64,000 bases of DNA from contig JBNZDD010013632.1 of NCBI GenBank assembly GCA_050575255.1, positions 960,905 through 1,024,904 on the forward strand, given 5' to 3'. Position numbers and translations under genes: made by a program. Of the stretch, positions 50,206 to 64,000 are shown in pieces. The notes under the pieces were generated by a model, which saw nothing but the letters and a program-made list of their open reading frames with translations, searched no databases and was not told the origin of the DNA. Origin of the DNA: Harriotta raleighana. Its lineage: Eukaryota. Each line of letters starts with the position of its first letter. The stretch's first letter is position 1.

Positions 50206-53200
50206 GTTTACGTAGAAGAAACTTTAGTGGTGATGCCATGCCATTGTATCCACACACAACTGGTGGGTACATGGCGTCAAAGAACAATGCTATTCAAGAT
50301 AGACTGAAAAATAGTTTAAGAATGATAATAATAATCTTTGCATTTGACGCAGCACCATTCATGTCAGGAGGACTCAAAGTGCTCAAAGACTCTCAAAGTC
50401 CGACAGGAGATGTTTACTGTAAAGTGTTGTCTGCGTTTGTACATAAATTATAGCACAATATAAAATGCTTGGCATACTTTCATAATGATGCTTACTGTGA
50501 CACACTTCCTCAGGGAAACGTGCAACAGTACCTTTTTGACTGAGCTACAGAAATCAAAGGGAGCAATTGAAGAAAAGGAGTGGATTGGGAGTTGGGACAG
50601 AAGGGGTGGGGGAGGGAATGAGGGGAATTAAATTATGACATGTTTCATAATCATCACCATTGAGATTGGTCCTGATTGAGAGATGCTCATGCTAACACAC
50701 TTTAATTCAAGTACTGTACTGTATCTCATTCATTCTATAGCTGTCTTTGCTCCCAGCAGTATGAAAATAGTATTAGTCATTATGCTGCTCTTAAATTTTG
50801 GCATCTTATATGCTGTTTATTACTTGTATTTATTCTTTTCAACTAAAATCTAATCCTAAAACGAATTAATTTTATTTGGTCCCAGCTTCACAGAAACCCC
50901 AAGATCCTTCACTTTAATTTGATACATTCTGACACAGCATGTATCAGAAATTCATAATAGGCTTATAATTAACATAACTATCATTTTTTATGGATAAACA
51001 TTCATTATGGGTGGTTATTTAGCATCCATTTGCATTCAAGTTTTTACAAATAGAGTCTTAGAAATAAAAAGATCACAATTATCTTCACTGGAAAAGGTAT
51101 GGCTTGTTTGAATTTTTAAAAATTTAAACAGGACCACCACGATTCATACAGTTGAAAAGATTTAATCATTTTGTGTTGAACGGGATGCTTTAAAATTGTG
51201 TCTGAGGCACTTCATGCAATGAAACCCTCCTCTTAGACTGTGCATTCAGTCATCCTCTTACCTTCCCTGCCCTCCACTTTCTTTGATCCTGCTGCACCAG
51301 CTCATAAAACTGTTTCTCTTCTGGTAGGATTACACTTCTTTGTAATACAATACGTACGTTAGATTCACACCTTCATTTTTATTTGAGGTATTAGCTGTCT
51401 TATGTTCCACTGAGAGGGAACAAAAGCAAAGCGCAGATCAAGTCTTGTTATGATTGCTGGCAGTTTGCCAGGGTCGACAGGCAATATTTACTGTGGGCAA
51501 CATATCTGTTAACTTGCTGACCATCTATCTCATGTGTGCAAAACATTACAAATATGAGACAAATTCCAAGTACATAATTATTGTATCAGACCTTTTAAGA
51601 AGCACTAAATTTTTTATCCTTAACATGGCAAATAATGTACTCAGAAAAAGAATCAAGGCTAATCCTTGTTGTTCATGGTCGATTGGTTCTCTGGCTTGGA
51701 TTCATGCTCAAGATTGTCTCGAAAAGGTATTTGCCTTTAAGGCAGCTCTACTATCCTTGTTCAGTTACATCCCTTGACAAACCTATTTTATCTGAGACCA
51801 TCAAAGGTCAGGCTATTGCTCAAGCAACACACACCACAGCAGAAAATGAAATGAATTGTGAACACACTCCTCTTGGGGATCTTATTTCTTTGCACTTTCC
51901 TCAGCAGCAGTCCTACAAGCACTGTCATTACTGGACTAATTAATGCAACTTGTTGGCTTCCAAAGCAGTTTAGCAGTGGCAGTACAAGGACAGGACAGAT
52001 CTTGGGTAAATTACGCTGCCAACACAAACCTGACAAGATCACAAGGAACAAATTGGATGAATTCATCATTATTCAAAAGTTGGTTAGATCTTGTCAGGAG
52101 CTTTCAATCACAGATTACAAGTGTCTTGGCCATTATTGTCTCACTGTTTTGCATAGATAGGGAGGAAAATTGATCCTCTATTAGCAGCACTGTGGAGAAG
52201 TCATCGATTTGCTTGAATCCAGTTGTTACGGAGGTCAAGGCTGTACCTCGAGTGAAATGAAATTCATAGACTTTCATTAGCTCAAGAAGTCTGTTAAACA
52301 GCATCTTAAAAATATGGCAATGTTAAGCCATTCATGCAGAAAATTAAAGCCACCTTGATTTAAATAGCCCTCTAAGGCATCAACCTGTTCATTTCTACAT
52401 ACAAAATGAATATTGTGAACATTGTAATCAGTAACTGTAATTACTCTGCACTTTAAACATATAATGCATTCTTTGCCAGTGTACAGTTAACCTTTGTATC
52501 ATTGTGATTCATTCTGTTGTAAAGCAGTGGTTATATGTGCTAAAAGTTTCAGTAAATGTTCTAATTGCTAATTAATTCATGTTATTTAAAAATAAACTTA
52601 GTTTATTTTCAATTCTGGAAATAATATTTTGTCTGCAACAAAATATTAATATTAATTCTGCCGAAAGTACTTCCCTAGTCTGTGGTTTACTGTACGTGCA
52701 TTTTCTGTATGTAACCTAACTCCCGATTCATAATCCACGCTTTTACTTGTCTTATTGTATATATTAAAATCCACATCTATGAATGAGTTTGAAATTAATC
52801 CTAGCATTCTAAAACGTTCAATAAATTCCTCCTTTAACCATTTTAAAATTAAATTTAACTGGGAGCACTAAAACTCTGAGCCATCTAGCCACTAAATGCC
52901 AATAAAGAACAATTTAGTCCTGTCCCAAGTGGGTAGCTTTCAACATTGTCTAAGACTATCAATTCTCCTCATAAATTAAAAAGATGGTTTTCAAATTGTT
53001 TTTAAATATCACAATGAAATACGTTTGTGGCGTATTTTCTTCCCTCACATTTTCCCGTTTCTTTTCATCTTATATTCTTCCCATTCCTGCTACCAACTCA
53101 CAATTTTCCTTTGTTCTTCCATAACTCCTTATATGGGTTTGAGATCCAAAGTTTCCCATAGTCTTAACCTTATGTGTTGATTTAGAAACCAATTTTTCTC

Positions 53201-53284
53201 AGTTCTTAACGATTACAGATTTGTTTCTAAATTAAAAGTACATTTAAGAATTTTCCACAAATTCCACTCAATCTTTAAATGGCA

Positions 53285-53510
53285 TGTTTGTTTGGGTGGA
53301 CATTAAAGATCCTACTGTTTATAAAGAGAAGGGAGTTTCTCTCAGTGTCTTGGCCAATAATCCTCCAAATGAAAAATATTCATTCACTTCATATCTCTTT
53401 GTGGGACTTTGCTGTGTGCAAATTGGCTGCTGCATTCACCGACATACATTGCAGCATTCCCCGTGAGGCATGTTTATTATATGATCAGGCATAATTTCAA
53501 ATGCAAGGAT
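53285..53510 (+). mobile_element. Old DeuSINE
   Basis: gggtggacattaaagatcc..gggagtttctctcagtgtcttggccaa..tttgtgggactttgctgtgtgcaaattggctgctgcatt. Confidence 0.75.
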
Positions 53511-55834
53511 TTTGTTCTAAAAATACAGGAGAAATCAATAAAGGAAACATCACCAGATTTAACTGGCTATAAATTGTACACCAAATTATTCACAAAAAAA
53601 ATATTGAAAGGAAAACTGATAAGAAAACAAACCTTGCATTTGATATAACATATTTTACGTTGGAAGGACATCTCAGAGTGCTTTATAGGATCATACTGCA
53701 AAGGATAGTGGATTTTTAACTTGATATTTTTTCTTGGAAGTCATGATTGAAGCATATTATTGGAGTGTTGTTGAAGAAATATTATATCTATCCGATCAGA
53801 ATGCACCAATACCAAGTGCCAAAAAGTAGACCAACATATTTTGTTGATTCTGAGGATAGGAATTTCTGGAGGACTGCTAAATAATTCAAGTGCAACAACT
53901 TGAATTACAAATCATTGCACAGTTTTACAATTGGGAGCAGAGGAATTTTGAGCCCTGTGGTGCAACAAATGTTCTTTAGAAGCTGAAGTAGTAACATATT
54001 GTTGGGTCAATTCAAGGGAATCCCATCATTGTGCTGTTATAAGAGGGTATTGTACTACCACATGATTCACATTGAACATTTCATTGCCCACATATGTAAT
54101 CATTCATATGACTGAAAGAGCTCCGAGATACTGCATCGCTTGAAGGGTGCTATATAAATGCAAGTTGCTGTTGTTGTAAATAATTTTCATGCATACACAA
54201 TCAAATTATCTAAAGATAATTTCCATCTATACGTTCCATCTATAGATCATTTTCACATCAATATAATTGATGTTGAAACATAATAATAAATATTATTATT
54301 AATAATTACCATTTTGTGGGTCACATTTTCACTCCTCTGTTTCAAATAAATATTAAGGAAACTCGGGTTTGTAAAAAAAATTACAAGCTTTTCAACCCAT
54401 ATCTATTTTTTCTCACCAAACAGGAAGCATAACATTGCTTATTCACTCCATGGCTGTTTGTGTGGCAATGCCTGTGCACAAATTAGCTGCCATGTTCACC
54501 TACACAATAGTCACTACATTTTGTATTATATTCTGTGAAGTGCTTTGAGGCATTCTGCTGGCGTGAAAGGATCATTAATATTGCAAACTTTCAAGGTGGC
54601 CTAAAGACCTATTTCTTTGATTTTATTTTCTGTTTGCTTTCCAATCAGCACACTCTGTTCAGTTGTCACGAACCCTAGCTCAGGTGGTCAGCTAGCTTTG
54701 AGAGATCCTTCCTACATGAAAGGCTTAGTATAAACCATTATTATATATCCTCAAGGACAGGCACACACCTATTGTACTTTTTTTTTACAATTATAATAGT
54801 CAGCACCTGCCCTCCATGTGAATACAGTGGAAGTACATGCTCATATGTCAAGTCCGTGAGTGTGTCACGTGGCTTTACAAAGGCGGTATGATGTGCAACA
54901 ACTGTCAGGAGCAATGGTGGGACCATAACATTGATCTCAGGTTGTTACATTTATTATTCATAGAAAAATACTTGCTTCACCTCAACATACAGGATTAACA
55001 TAATCCAAAATTCATGATGGAAAGCAGTGTTTCACTGCAATAAACCACCTGGTGAGTTTTGTGTGTTGTACTTGTAAATCATTGGGTCTGACCTTAATCA
55101 TTCTGTATTTTTTCAATGTACTAGATTCAAGGTTAAAATGCCAGGTCTACATAGCACATTTTTGCGTGTGAACGTATCTGGGTAACAATTCTTCCCAAAC
55201 TGATATTTTTCATATTTACAAAAAAAAATTTTTTTTACACAACTGGAAAGACCACCAAACCTACCTATTCCCTTCTGCATTTCTATGTGTGAATCTTATC
55301 TGTAGTGTAGTGATATCTTGGGAGTAAAATAAGCAATGCCCACATCAGTCTTATCAGAGCAGATGTGGAATGTCATTGACACCTCTGTAGCATTCTGGGC
55401 ATTAAATAACATTAGTTAGAAGTCTTGCTGAATAAAGAGGCAACCGTTTGCGGATAGGCATATGGGACTAGAATATGTGATGAAGCAAAAAAAAAGTGGC
55501 TATTGCCAATCATGCTAATAGAAATAGATTGCTTCAACACTCACAGAATCTCCATTGCCTAATCAGCATTTGATTGTTCATTTTCAAGTGAAAATTTCCA
55601 TTAACATCTGCTTGCAGATGTATTCACATTGTACCCTCTGAAAAATACATGACTGGTTAAAGCTTGTTTTAGCAGTCACCTCCACATACACTACTCCAAA
55701 TAACTTAAATAAATATGCAAGTGGGATTTGAACTCTCCATGATAACTGTGTGTCCAATTCGACTTGGAGTACCTCTTGCAGAACATGAATCTGTTAAGTA
55801 AATTATTTTGATGTAGCCAGTAATCATAGATTTA

Positions 55835-56145
55835 ATAGTAATCCTTGAATTTGATATAGCGCATTTCACGTCTTTTCGACATCTCAAAGTGCTTTACAGA
55901 ATATACTGTAAAGTGAATTGACTGTATATTTGTGGGGGAAACACAGCAGCCAATTGCGTCCAGCAGTGTTCCACAAACAGTCGTGTTTTGAATTGACCTA
56001 TTTATTATAATTTTTTGGAGTGATTATTATTAGGCATATGAAGTAAAAAAACTTGCCCAATGATTTGCCCTGACCTGCCTCGTTTCGAACACAGGTCTCA
56101 CACTTGTAAGGCGAGTGCTCTAACTACTGAGCTACAGGACTCCTC
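55835..56145 (-). mobile_element. Full-length tRNA/Deu SINE
   Basis: Antisense gaggagtcctgtagctcagtagttagagcactcgccttacaagtgtgagacctgtgttcgaaac, core and tail. Confidence 0.95.
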
Positions 56146-58971
56146 GTATTTGGATGCAACAATAAGATTTTTGCCTCTGTCTCTCCAGCCATGTGGTCCT
56201 GTTTTGGTATTGAGTGGGGTTACAACAACAGCAAAATTACACTTGTATAGCACCTTTCACTTTTACATGTTAACAGTAGCCAAAAAAGCTTCTGCGATTG
56301 AAATTTACCACAAATAATGGTCAAAATCCAATTTGCCACTGAGATATCTTGTAGGACTCCACTGCACTTCAGAAACATTTTGTCCTGTTGCATTGCCATC
56401 TTTATTATGATAATCCTTGCATTTTATAAAGTTCCTTACAACTTTATCGGTTTCAATTTAATATCACAATATTTAACCACAGACTACAGATCAGAATACC
56501 AGAATTAGTCAACTGCAGCAGATTGATTCGCAAAATACAAATCCACTTTAGTTGTATAGAATATTGATCATTGATATTTTATCTAATTCATTCATTGAAT
56601 GTGCTGATTTATGATAAAATATAGATATAAATAAGGTGATGCATCAAACTAGATTTTCTTGTACATTATCTCAAGATGATCTCATTCCTATTTAGGTGCG
56701 AACATAACCATCAAATAACAAACTTGGGATTTTCACAACAGGCAATGAATTGTGTTCTGTCAAATGCAAATGAGGCAACATTAGGAACAGAAAATTAGAT
56801 TTCCATTTAGCATGATATAATCACATGCTCAATTTGCATTTTGCACAAAGCATTTGTAAGATTGGGACCCACTGGTAATAACCATTATTAGTTTTTTCTG
56901 AAACTACAATTTATATTCAAAACATGCCATCAGTCCTAATGCAAGGGAGAGTTTTTTGTTGCTTAGAAATAGTTTCTTAAAATTTGGCAGACCAGTTTCC
57001 TACTACAAATAGCATTGTTTGTATACCGCTGTTAAATATAGTATTGCAGTAAAAACAAGCATGAGAAACATAAAACATTTCTGGATAGCTACCAAATTAT
57101 GAGCAAAAGTATTATGGCTCCCATCAGGTGCATCCAGGAGTTAATTACTATCAAACATTTATTGTGTCCCTTGCATGTTTTCCTAGAATTAACTAAACTC
57201 ATCAGTAAAAAGATTGAAGTCAGATTCATTGTCATTGTGTCAAATGCATTGCCAACCATTCAATTTCAAATATGTAATTAACTTCCTGTAAATTACCAGA
57301 GACGCACAAGAAAGAAGTGTAGTGTAGAATAGGCAAATAAATTGATTGGGTCATGTAGAACAGGGATATTTTTTTTATATCTGATCCTACAGATTTGGAG
57401 ACAAAAGGTGATGTTCAGATATCAGTCATNTAGAATAGGCAAATAAATTGATTGGGTCATGTAGAACAGGGATATTTTTTGCAACTTTTTTTATATCTGA
57501 TCCTACAGATTTGGAGACAAAAGGTGATGTTCAGATATCAGTCATTAGGAACTTTTATAGAACAATTATTCATGCAAGATGAGCAATTTGTAATCACTTG
57601 GAGAATTGACATTGAACAGTTTAATAAATAAATAGTCGTTAAACTTAATGTAGTGTCTACAGTGTTGAAAGCATCTGGAAATGCTTCAGTGGTGATCGCT
57701 GTCAAATGTGGTGTGGTGACTTCACGCAAAGTGTTAAGGTTAGGCCGGTGATTCAGGCAGTGAATTAGTTAAAATCATGAGCTTTGCCTTTTTCGTTCTT
57801 CTAATCTAACGGGACACAATGTAACAGCAAATTCAGGTAACGGAAATGGTTGCTAATGTAAGCTCTACAATGACAGTTATCCAGTGCTCATTACTGTATA
57901 TATGTCTGATTGATGATTTTCATATGCGCATAGTTGTTCTGATAAACACATATCGGTGCCTGACATCCGCCAGACAAGTAAAGGTTTTTCACCTTATTCC
58001 TGGAGACCTCTCTAATTGGAATGGTTGGAAAGTTAACTATGCCAAAGCTGAGCTTTAGTTGGTTGTGAGACTTTCAGTCCAGAGTCTACCAAGTCACATG
58101 GATTCCTCATTTAGTTCCAAAGTAAAGCTCCTTTTTGATGCTAATGTTATCCCATACACAGCACACTTTGTCCAGTTTGTATTACGGACAAGCCTCAAGC
58201 TGTCCAGCAGCAAAATCATTGCTTCAGGGCTCTCAGCCTCTTCAGCGATGGAAAGCATCATCTCATGTGCCTATTTGTGGGTTAGGCAATAGAGAGGGTG
58301 GGTAATGAGCAATGGTTTCAGCACGTTTCCCAAATCTTCTGACAAACTGGCTGGATTTTAGTAATTAAAATGCTGCAACTGAAGACAACTGACTAAGGAT
58401 CAAGCGTCGATCCTCTGCAGTAAGCATTCACATGCAAGTTCCTTTATTTTGTATCCCAGACCACCTATGTATTGATTGAATGGAAGCTTGCAGAGTTGAT
58501 ATATGTCATGAGATTGACCTTGGCATCCTTATCTCCAGTTGCAGCTGATAACACCTATTACCCTGGGGAAGACAGCAATAGCATAGATTTGTCGCCACTT
58601 CAAGAATCACCCCCTACATATCACATTAGTTCATCCGCAATGATTCTACCTTACGTTTTCTTTCATACTCTTCACCTCTTCTCTATTATTCTACAGGTTT
58701 TGTATTTTTGATATATATCAAGTCTACTGGGTGTTTCACCAATATTCACAATTGACACCAGTGGTAAAATAACAGTGTGCACTTAAATGGAAACAAAACT
58801 TGTATTTTGTGCAGATTGGTTCAAAATCTAAATGTTGGAATGGGCAATATTAAAATTGTGGCATGTTTACATTATATACACAACTTATTTTGAGATTTGT
58901 CAAGGAAGAGTAAACACAGTAGAGTTTGACTTTGTTGCTGTTAAAAACACTAAAACATACCCATGTCTTTA

Positions 58972-59045
58972 CAACAATAACAAAACTACACTTGTATAGC
59001 GCCTTTCACGTGAGGAGGATGTCCCAAGGTGCTGGAGAGTCACTG
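58972..59045 (-). mobile_element. L2 3' tail
   Basis: cacttgtatagcgcctttcacgtgaggaggatgtcccaaggtgctgg. Confidence 0.8.
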
Positions 59046-60499
59046 CTTTAAGGACGATTGCTATTGGAAAATAGTTAATTCATGGTGTTTTCTATTTTAT
59101 TCTTACAAACATTGAAGATGCTGTCAAATCTGCAACTGGTTCACCACAACATGGCTGTCCGCTATGCCTTGTAGAGACAAGCCCTACATATTAAATGTTA
59201 ACAATTCACACAACCTATGGTGCAATATGGAAACATTTCCCACCTTTTCATGTGTTTGATTTCAGTCAAGTGTTGGACTGCAGCAACAGGATTGCTAAAA
59301 AAAAAAAAAAACTGTGGCCAGTCTTTGTGCAGGAGCTTATGCAGCAAACATCAGCAGGGATCATTAGAAAAGCATTGAAAAGTTTAAACCCTGTCTGACA
59401 TATTCTCTCCTGATCCCAATTGCAGTTCTCGATGCTGCCCTGAGTGAGAGCAGGTGACTAAGGATACATTGGTAATCGGACCTTCAATCAGAATGGCCTA
59501 ATGTCTATCCCCACCAGGTTAGACATTAGGAGGTTAAGTATAATTTTTTGTAATTGATGCTTTACATATTTAGTGACATTTTAATATTAAAGGCCATTTT
59601 CAACTCTAATTTTCACAAACTGTATGTTGTCAAATATAATTAGAGTTTCGATGATTGTCCTTCTCCTGAGACATGCCCAGAGATGAGTTAACAATGATTG
59701 GTGACATTTTTTGATTTCAACCAATGGGAATTGTTTTCCAAAAGATGTTGCAAATAATTTGTTCCATTGAACGTTTTGGCGCTGCAACCAAGTAAGATTG
59801 TGTTGTACTTTTATTTCTTAATCGCAACACACAATGCCATTTGGCTGCAACTATTAAACTGAAATAGCTTCATCATTGTAATTAATCATAGGACAGGCAT
59901 TAACCATTTGNTTGATTTCAACCAATGGGAATTGTTTTCCAAAAGATGTTGCAAATAATTTGTTCCATTGAACGTTTTAGCGCTGCAACCAAGTAAGATT
60001 GTGTTGTACTTTTATTTCTTAATCGCAACACACAATGCCATTTGGCTGCAACTATTAAACTGAAATAGCTTCATCATTGTAATTAATCATAGGACATAGA
60101 ACTTAAGTTATTTTTCCAAGTAGCAATGAAGGGTAAAGAGGGATGATATTCTGTGTTTTGAGTTTTGAATCATAGTCATGGTACTGTACAATGTCTGTAA
60201 TTCTTGCAAATTTATTATCTAAGATACACTTGGAACCTTTAACACTATGAATCCATCAACATTGTACACCTTGTGAGGTAGACTGCATGTTTGTTAGTTC
60301 CAAAAGCACAATGGTGTCCACCATGCGCATTCAGTGAGAATATGCTCAGAGTATTGCTCTAATGCAATGCATTAATGCCTGGCACGTTTCNACCTTGTGA
60401 GGTAGACTGCATGTTTGTTAGTTCCAAAAGCACAATGGTGTACACCATGTGCATTCAGTAAGAATATGCTCAGAGTATTGCTCTAATGCAATGCATTAA

Positions 60500-60747
60500 T
60501 GCCTGGCACGTTTTGTTACTCCACACGCCTGATAATGATCCCTCCAAAAAAAATACACAATAATAAAATTGGTCATTTCAATCCACGACTGTTTGTGGGA
60601 CACTGCTGTGCGCAATTGGCTGCCGTGTTTTGCCCACATACTGTATTTACAGTCAATTCACTTTCTAGTATATTCTGTGAAGCGCTTTGAGACATCTAGA
60701 CAACGTTAAAAGGGCTATATCAAAATGCAAGGATTATTATTATTATG
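60500..60747 (+). mobile_element. Deu SINE lacking the head
   Basis: ttactccacacgcctgataat..tgtttgtgggacactgctgtgcgcaattggctgccgtgtt..gcaaggattattattatta. Confidence 0.9.
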
Positions 60748-62924
60748 GTTGCATTAATGGGCAGCAGGTTGCCAATTTGATCCATTGATTCTTAGTAAAA
60801 CAAGCAATAGGCAGCCCAGTAATAACAAATAAGAGAGAGTGAACTTCAAAAAGCTTTCCTTAAAGACAATAATAATAGTTGTTTGCTTATTGCAGTTGGT
60901 GGTATTTCTTCACTCTCCCTCTTTGAATATCTTAAAACTGGTGTCAGAGAAGGTTATAAAAACACATTTGGGAATCCTTCTCCATGTGGTACTGCTGAGG
61001 ACTGATATATGGAAATCTCATTTCCAGAGCATTTCATCTAAGTGGCTGAACCGATCAACACACAATTCATTACCTCCTTGTGTTCAAAGATGGTTAAATA
61101 TTCAAGGAAAGGATCTGTAACTTCCCAGGAAAGAAAAATCTCCTTTGACACAGTTATCTTGCAATGCATTAGAAAACAGGATAAAATAAAAAAAAAGTGA
61201 GAGCCAATCTCTGCAATGAATACTGATCTCATTGTCCTTAAGGAAATAATTAATTACTTAACCAGCCTCAGAAGGAATAGTTGGGTTTATGCTGCTATAA
61301 AGACTGCACAACAATTTATTTAAAAACTGTACAAACTGCCTCCTATTACTGTGTTTCATTCTTCCAAACTTTTAATCTTGAATTTCATTTTCTTGTTGTC
61401 TTGCTCAGGTGTTGGCCTATTGCCTCTCTTTTTTAAAGTATAATCAATTGTGATTACATTCTTCCACCATTTGTGAAGATAAATTTGTTTAGCTCCTTGC
61501 AGCTTTCTCTGGTGATTCTTTCTTTTATGTGTCCTGCTTTATTGAACTGGGATTTGACTGCTCCCTATTTCAACTCAGTCTACCGAATTAAACCTATTAC
61601 TGCATATTATTATAGTGTAGAGATTTGTGTTTCAAGGAATTTGGTTATGTTTGATTGACAAATGTTTACAAACAGACTAGTCAGTATATTTTTAAAATTA
61701 TATTCTCTGCAGCATTAATTTACTTGAGATATTAATCTACATAATCTGCTTCCTTTCTTACTTGCACACACACCCACACAGGCAAGATATCTAAACTGAA
61801 GCATTGGGTTCAAATGGTTTATTGGACATCACGGATAGAGATGCAGGAAGATGGGAAAACATGACATGAGAAGAGCAATCAGCACATCAGACACATTCCC
61901 TTCATTGTTCACACATCATGTTGTTATTTCACCTACCCACCTTTGTTGATCCATTAAGTTAAGGTTCGTCTTATTTTTGCTCCCATACTAATCAGATCAA
62001 ACCGTTGCTATAATATATATACTGTATACCATTGCTATTATATATCTATACAATTTCTTTTCTCAGCAGATTTTCAATCATATTTACATTTTTGAACTCT
62101 AAGCACCATTCACATGGACATGCAGAATGGTTAAAAACACCAATATAAACAGATTTATTTTTACCATTCAAGGGTACTTTAAGGACAGTAATTCAATTTC
62201 AGTGACTTTAGACAATCTGTTGCAGCCTAAAGAGTTCACTGACAGTAACTGTCTGATATCAGAAACAAGTGATCCTTTGTTCTTATTACCTCTGAAGTCA
62301 TCAAGGTGAATTTACCCATTAAAATCTTAACAGATTGCCTCTAGTCAGACAGGCTTGAGATTTCTTGCCAAGAGATTCATATGTAAGGTGTATCGTAAAA
62401 TACCTAATTATTATCTTGTCCGGTCTTTCTGAGATTTGTGATGCTGTCTCGCTGATCAATTTAGCCCAATGCAGAATTGCTTTTTTTCCTGAAGGGATAG
62501 AATAGCAAACATGCATTTATTGCAAATGGTGCATTTTTAAATGTAACAACTTATATGTGGCTATACAGGTCTTATTGTTCTTAACTGAGTATCAACTATA
62601 CAAGTGCCTATCTGGATATATGCTGTAGAAGGGAAGGTTATTTGAGAGCAGAATAAGTTACACTGGTGACAGCAACTAATCCATCATCTTGGAACCAGCC
62701 GAAAATGGCATAAATTTCACATTGGATGGTGCAAATGTTCATATTTGCATACAGCACATCACCTTGTGAGATGAAACTAAAATGTCGAGAACCATTTGAA
62801 TACAACTAATTGTTAGCTGCAGTGGCATTCAATGGACCATTTATTTTGCTCTTTCACGGTTAATGTGCTTGATTCTTATACTCATCTATAGGTGGCCACA
62901 CTGCAATGTACTATTAAATAAGAG

Positions 62925-62978
62925 CATAAGAATTAGGAGCAGGTATAGGCCATTCGGCCCCTCGAGCCTGCCTCGCCA
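62925..62978 (-). mobile_element. CR1 3' tip
   Basis: cataagaattaggagcaggtataggccattcggcccctcgagcctg. Confidence 0.8.
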
Positions 62979-63077
62979 GAATATTCTCTCACTTGGCCTT
63001 TCTCTCACTTGGCCTTTTAAAATTATTGGCCAGCCATTGGGGGGAAAAACATGGAAAGTTTGGGCTGAATCATTTGC

Positions 63078-63190
63078 TAATAATCATTATCATCATCCTT
63101 ACATTTGGTATAGCCCCTTACACATTGAAAGGATGTCCCAAAGTGCTTCACGTGGATATAGTGTGAAGGACAGTATATTTTGTGGGTGAG
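63078..63190 (-). mobile_element. Degenerate SINE tail
   Basis: ccttacatttggtatagccc..gtcccaaagtgcttcac..gtatattttgtgggtga. Confidence 0.65.
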
Positions 63191-64000
63191 CAGTTCTGAA
63201 TTGACAAATGAGAAAAAAGGCCACAGGGAACCTATCTCTATCCCAAATAGTTTCAAATCCAATTTTAAAACAACTTAAGTTAGTTCAAAATAATTATATT
63301 TATTTTTAGAAATTTCATAAAAGATCCTTGAGACCTGTAAATTTACTAACTGCGTAACGGTGAGATCAAATGAGACAACCCATCTAGTGATATTGTGTGT
63401 TTAGCTGGGGAAAGAAGCTTTTAATGTGTTTGTAACTCCGCAGATTGTTTCCTTCTCCTCCCACTCTTATTTTTTGCTTGTGATGTTACGCTTTCTCTTT
63501 AGGAATGATAATGACATCTTCTGAGGATAAAGCTGCATAGTGCATTGTAATGGAACCATTTCTATAATTATCATCTATTGAATTATCAGGGAAAACAATT
63601 TCTGTGCAGAAAAGCAGAACGTCCCGAATCACTAACTGGCCAAGGATTACACAGAAATAACCATTTTTGGCTTCTTGCAGAATAATCCCACACAATCTCT
63701 GAACAGTGTATTCAGATGCTTTGTACAAAGTGAAGGATGAATAGCTCTCTGGTAATCTTATTATGATACAAAATCTGCAAAAAGTAGCAAAGCTGCAGGA
63801 TCATATGTAATACAGTAGTTGTTCAGTTAACTTACAATTTATTTCCCATATTAAGAATCAACCAACCTGTAATATCTGTCCACTTAGGGTGATTTAGAAG
63901 TAGATCCACAATTAGATTAGTGCCATTACATGCAAATAATTTGTGAAAGGAAAAATGAGCAAGGTAAAATCATTTGCTGAATGAATCCACAGCAAACGTG

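Noticed and set aside
50587-50625. G-quadruplex-like G runs (also ~18180 and ~20515)
   Set aside because: Low-complexity tracts common in vertebrate DNA; no supporting context
62985-63017. Short tandem duplications (16 bp here; 11-mers at ~5590; 21 bp at ~39130; 13 bp at ~54222)
   Set aside because: Ordinary slippage products; not a CRISPR-like array (no spacers, 2-4 units)
63486-63774. Minus-strand frame with a tttttgcag acceptor, possible terminal exon
   Set aside because: Peptide unrecognisable and Cys/Ile-rich like random AT-rich translation; no upstream exon in the window to support it

Overview
AT-rich vertebrate genomic DNA with no protein-coding gene I can identify, so it is probably a large intron or gene desert. 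The repeat complement points to a cartilaginous fish, possibly a chimaera such as the elephant shark (inference). It comprises a tRNA-headed Deu-core SINE with an L2-like tail, L2 and CR1 LINE remnants, a Penelope-like remnant, and hAT and pogo/Tigger MITEs. Nearly all ORF-track entries are chance ORFs or decayed L2/CR1 reading frames. Highlights: (i) a Penelope remnant with an inverted pseudo-LTR carrying a degenerate minimal hammerhead ribozyme; (ii) a Tigger-like MITE sharing an inverted ~100-bp segment with DNA ~400 bp beyond its right end; (iii) two full-length non-autonomous hAT elements with recognisable TSDs; (iv) several nested insertions; (v) a PBX/HOX/MEIS motif cluster that may be an enhancer. 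Five direct duplications centred on single 'n' bases are probably assembly artefacts. I found no convincing novel biological system. Repeat boundaries were read by eye and are approximate unless TIRs/TSDs are quoted.
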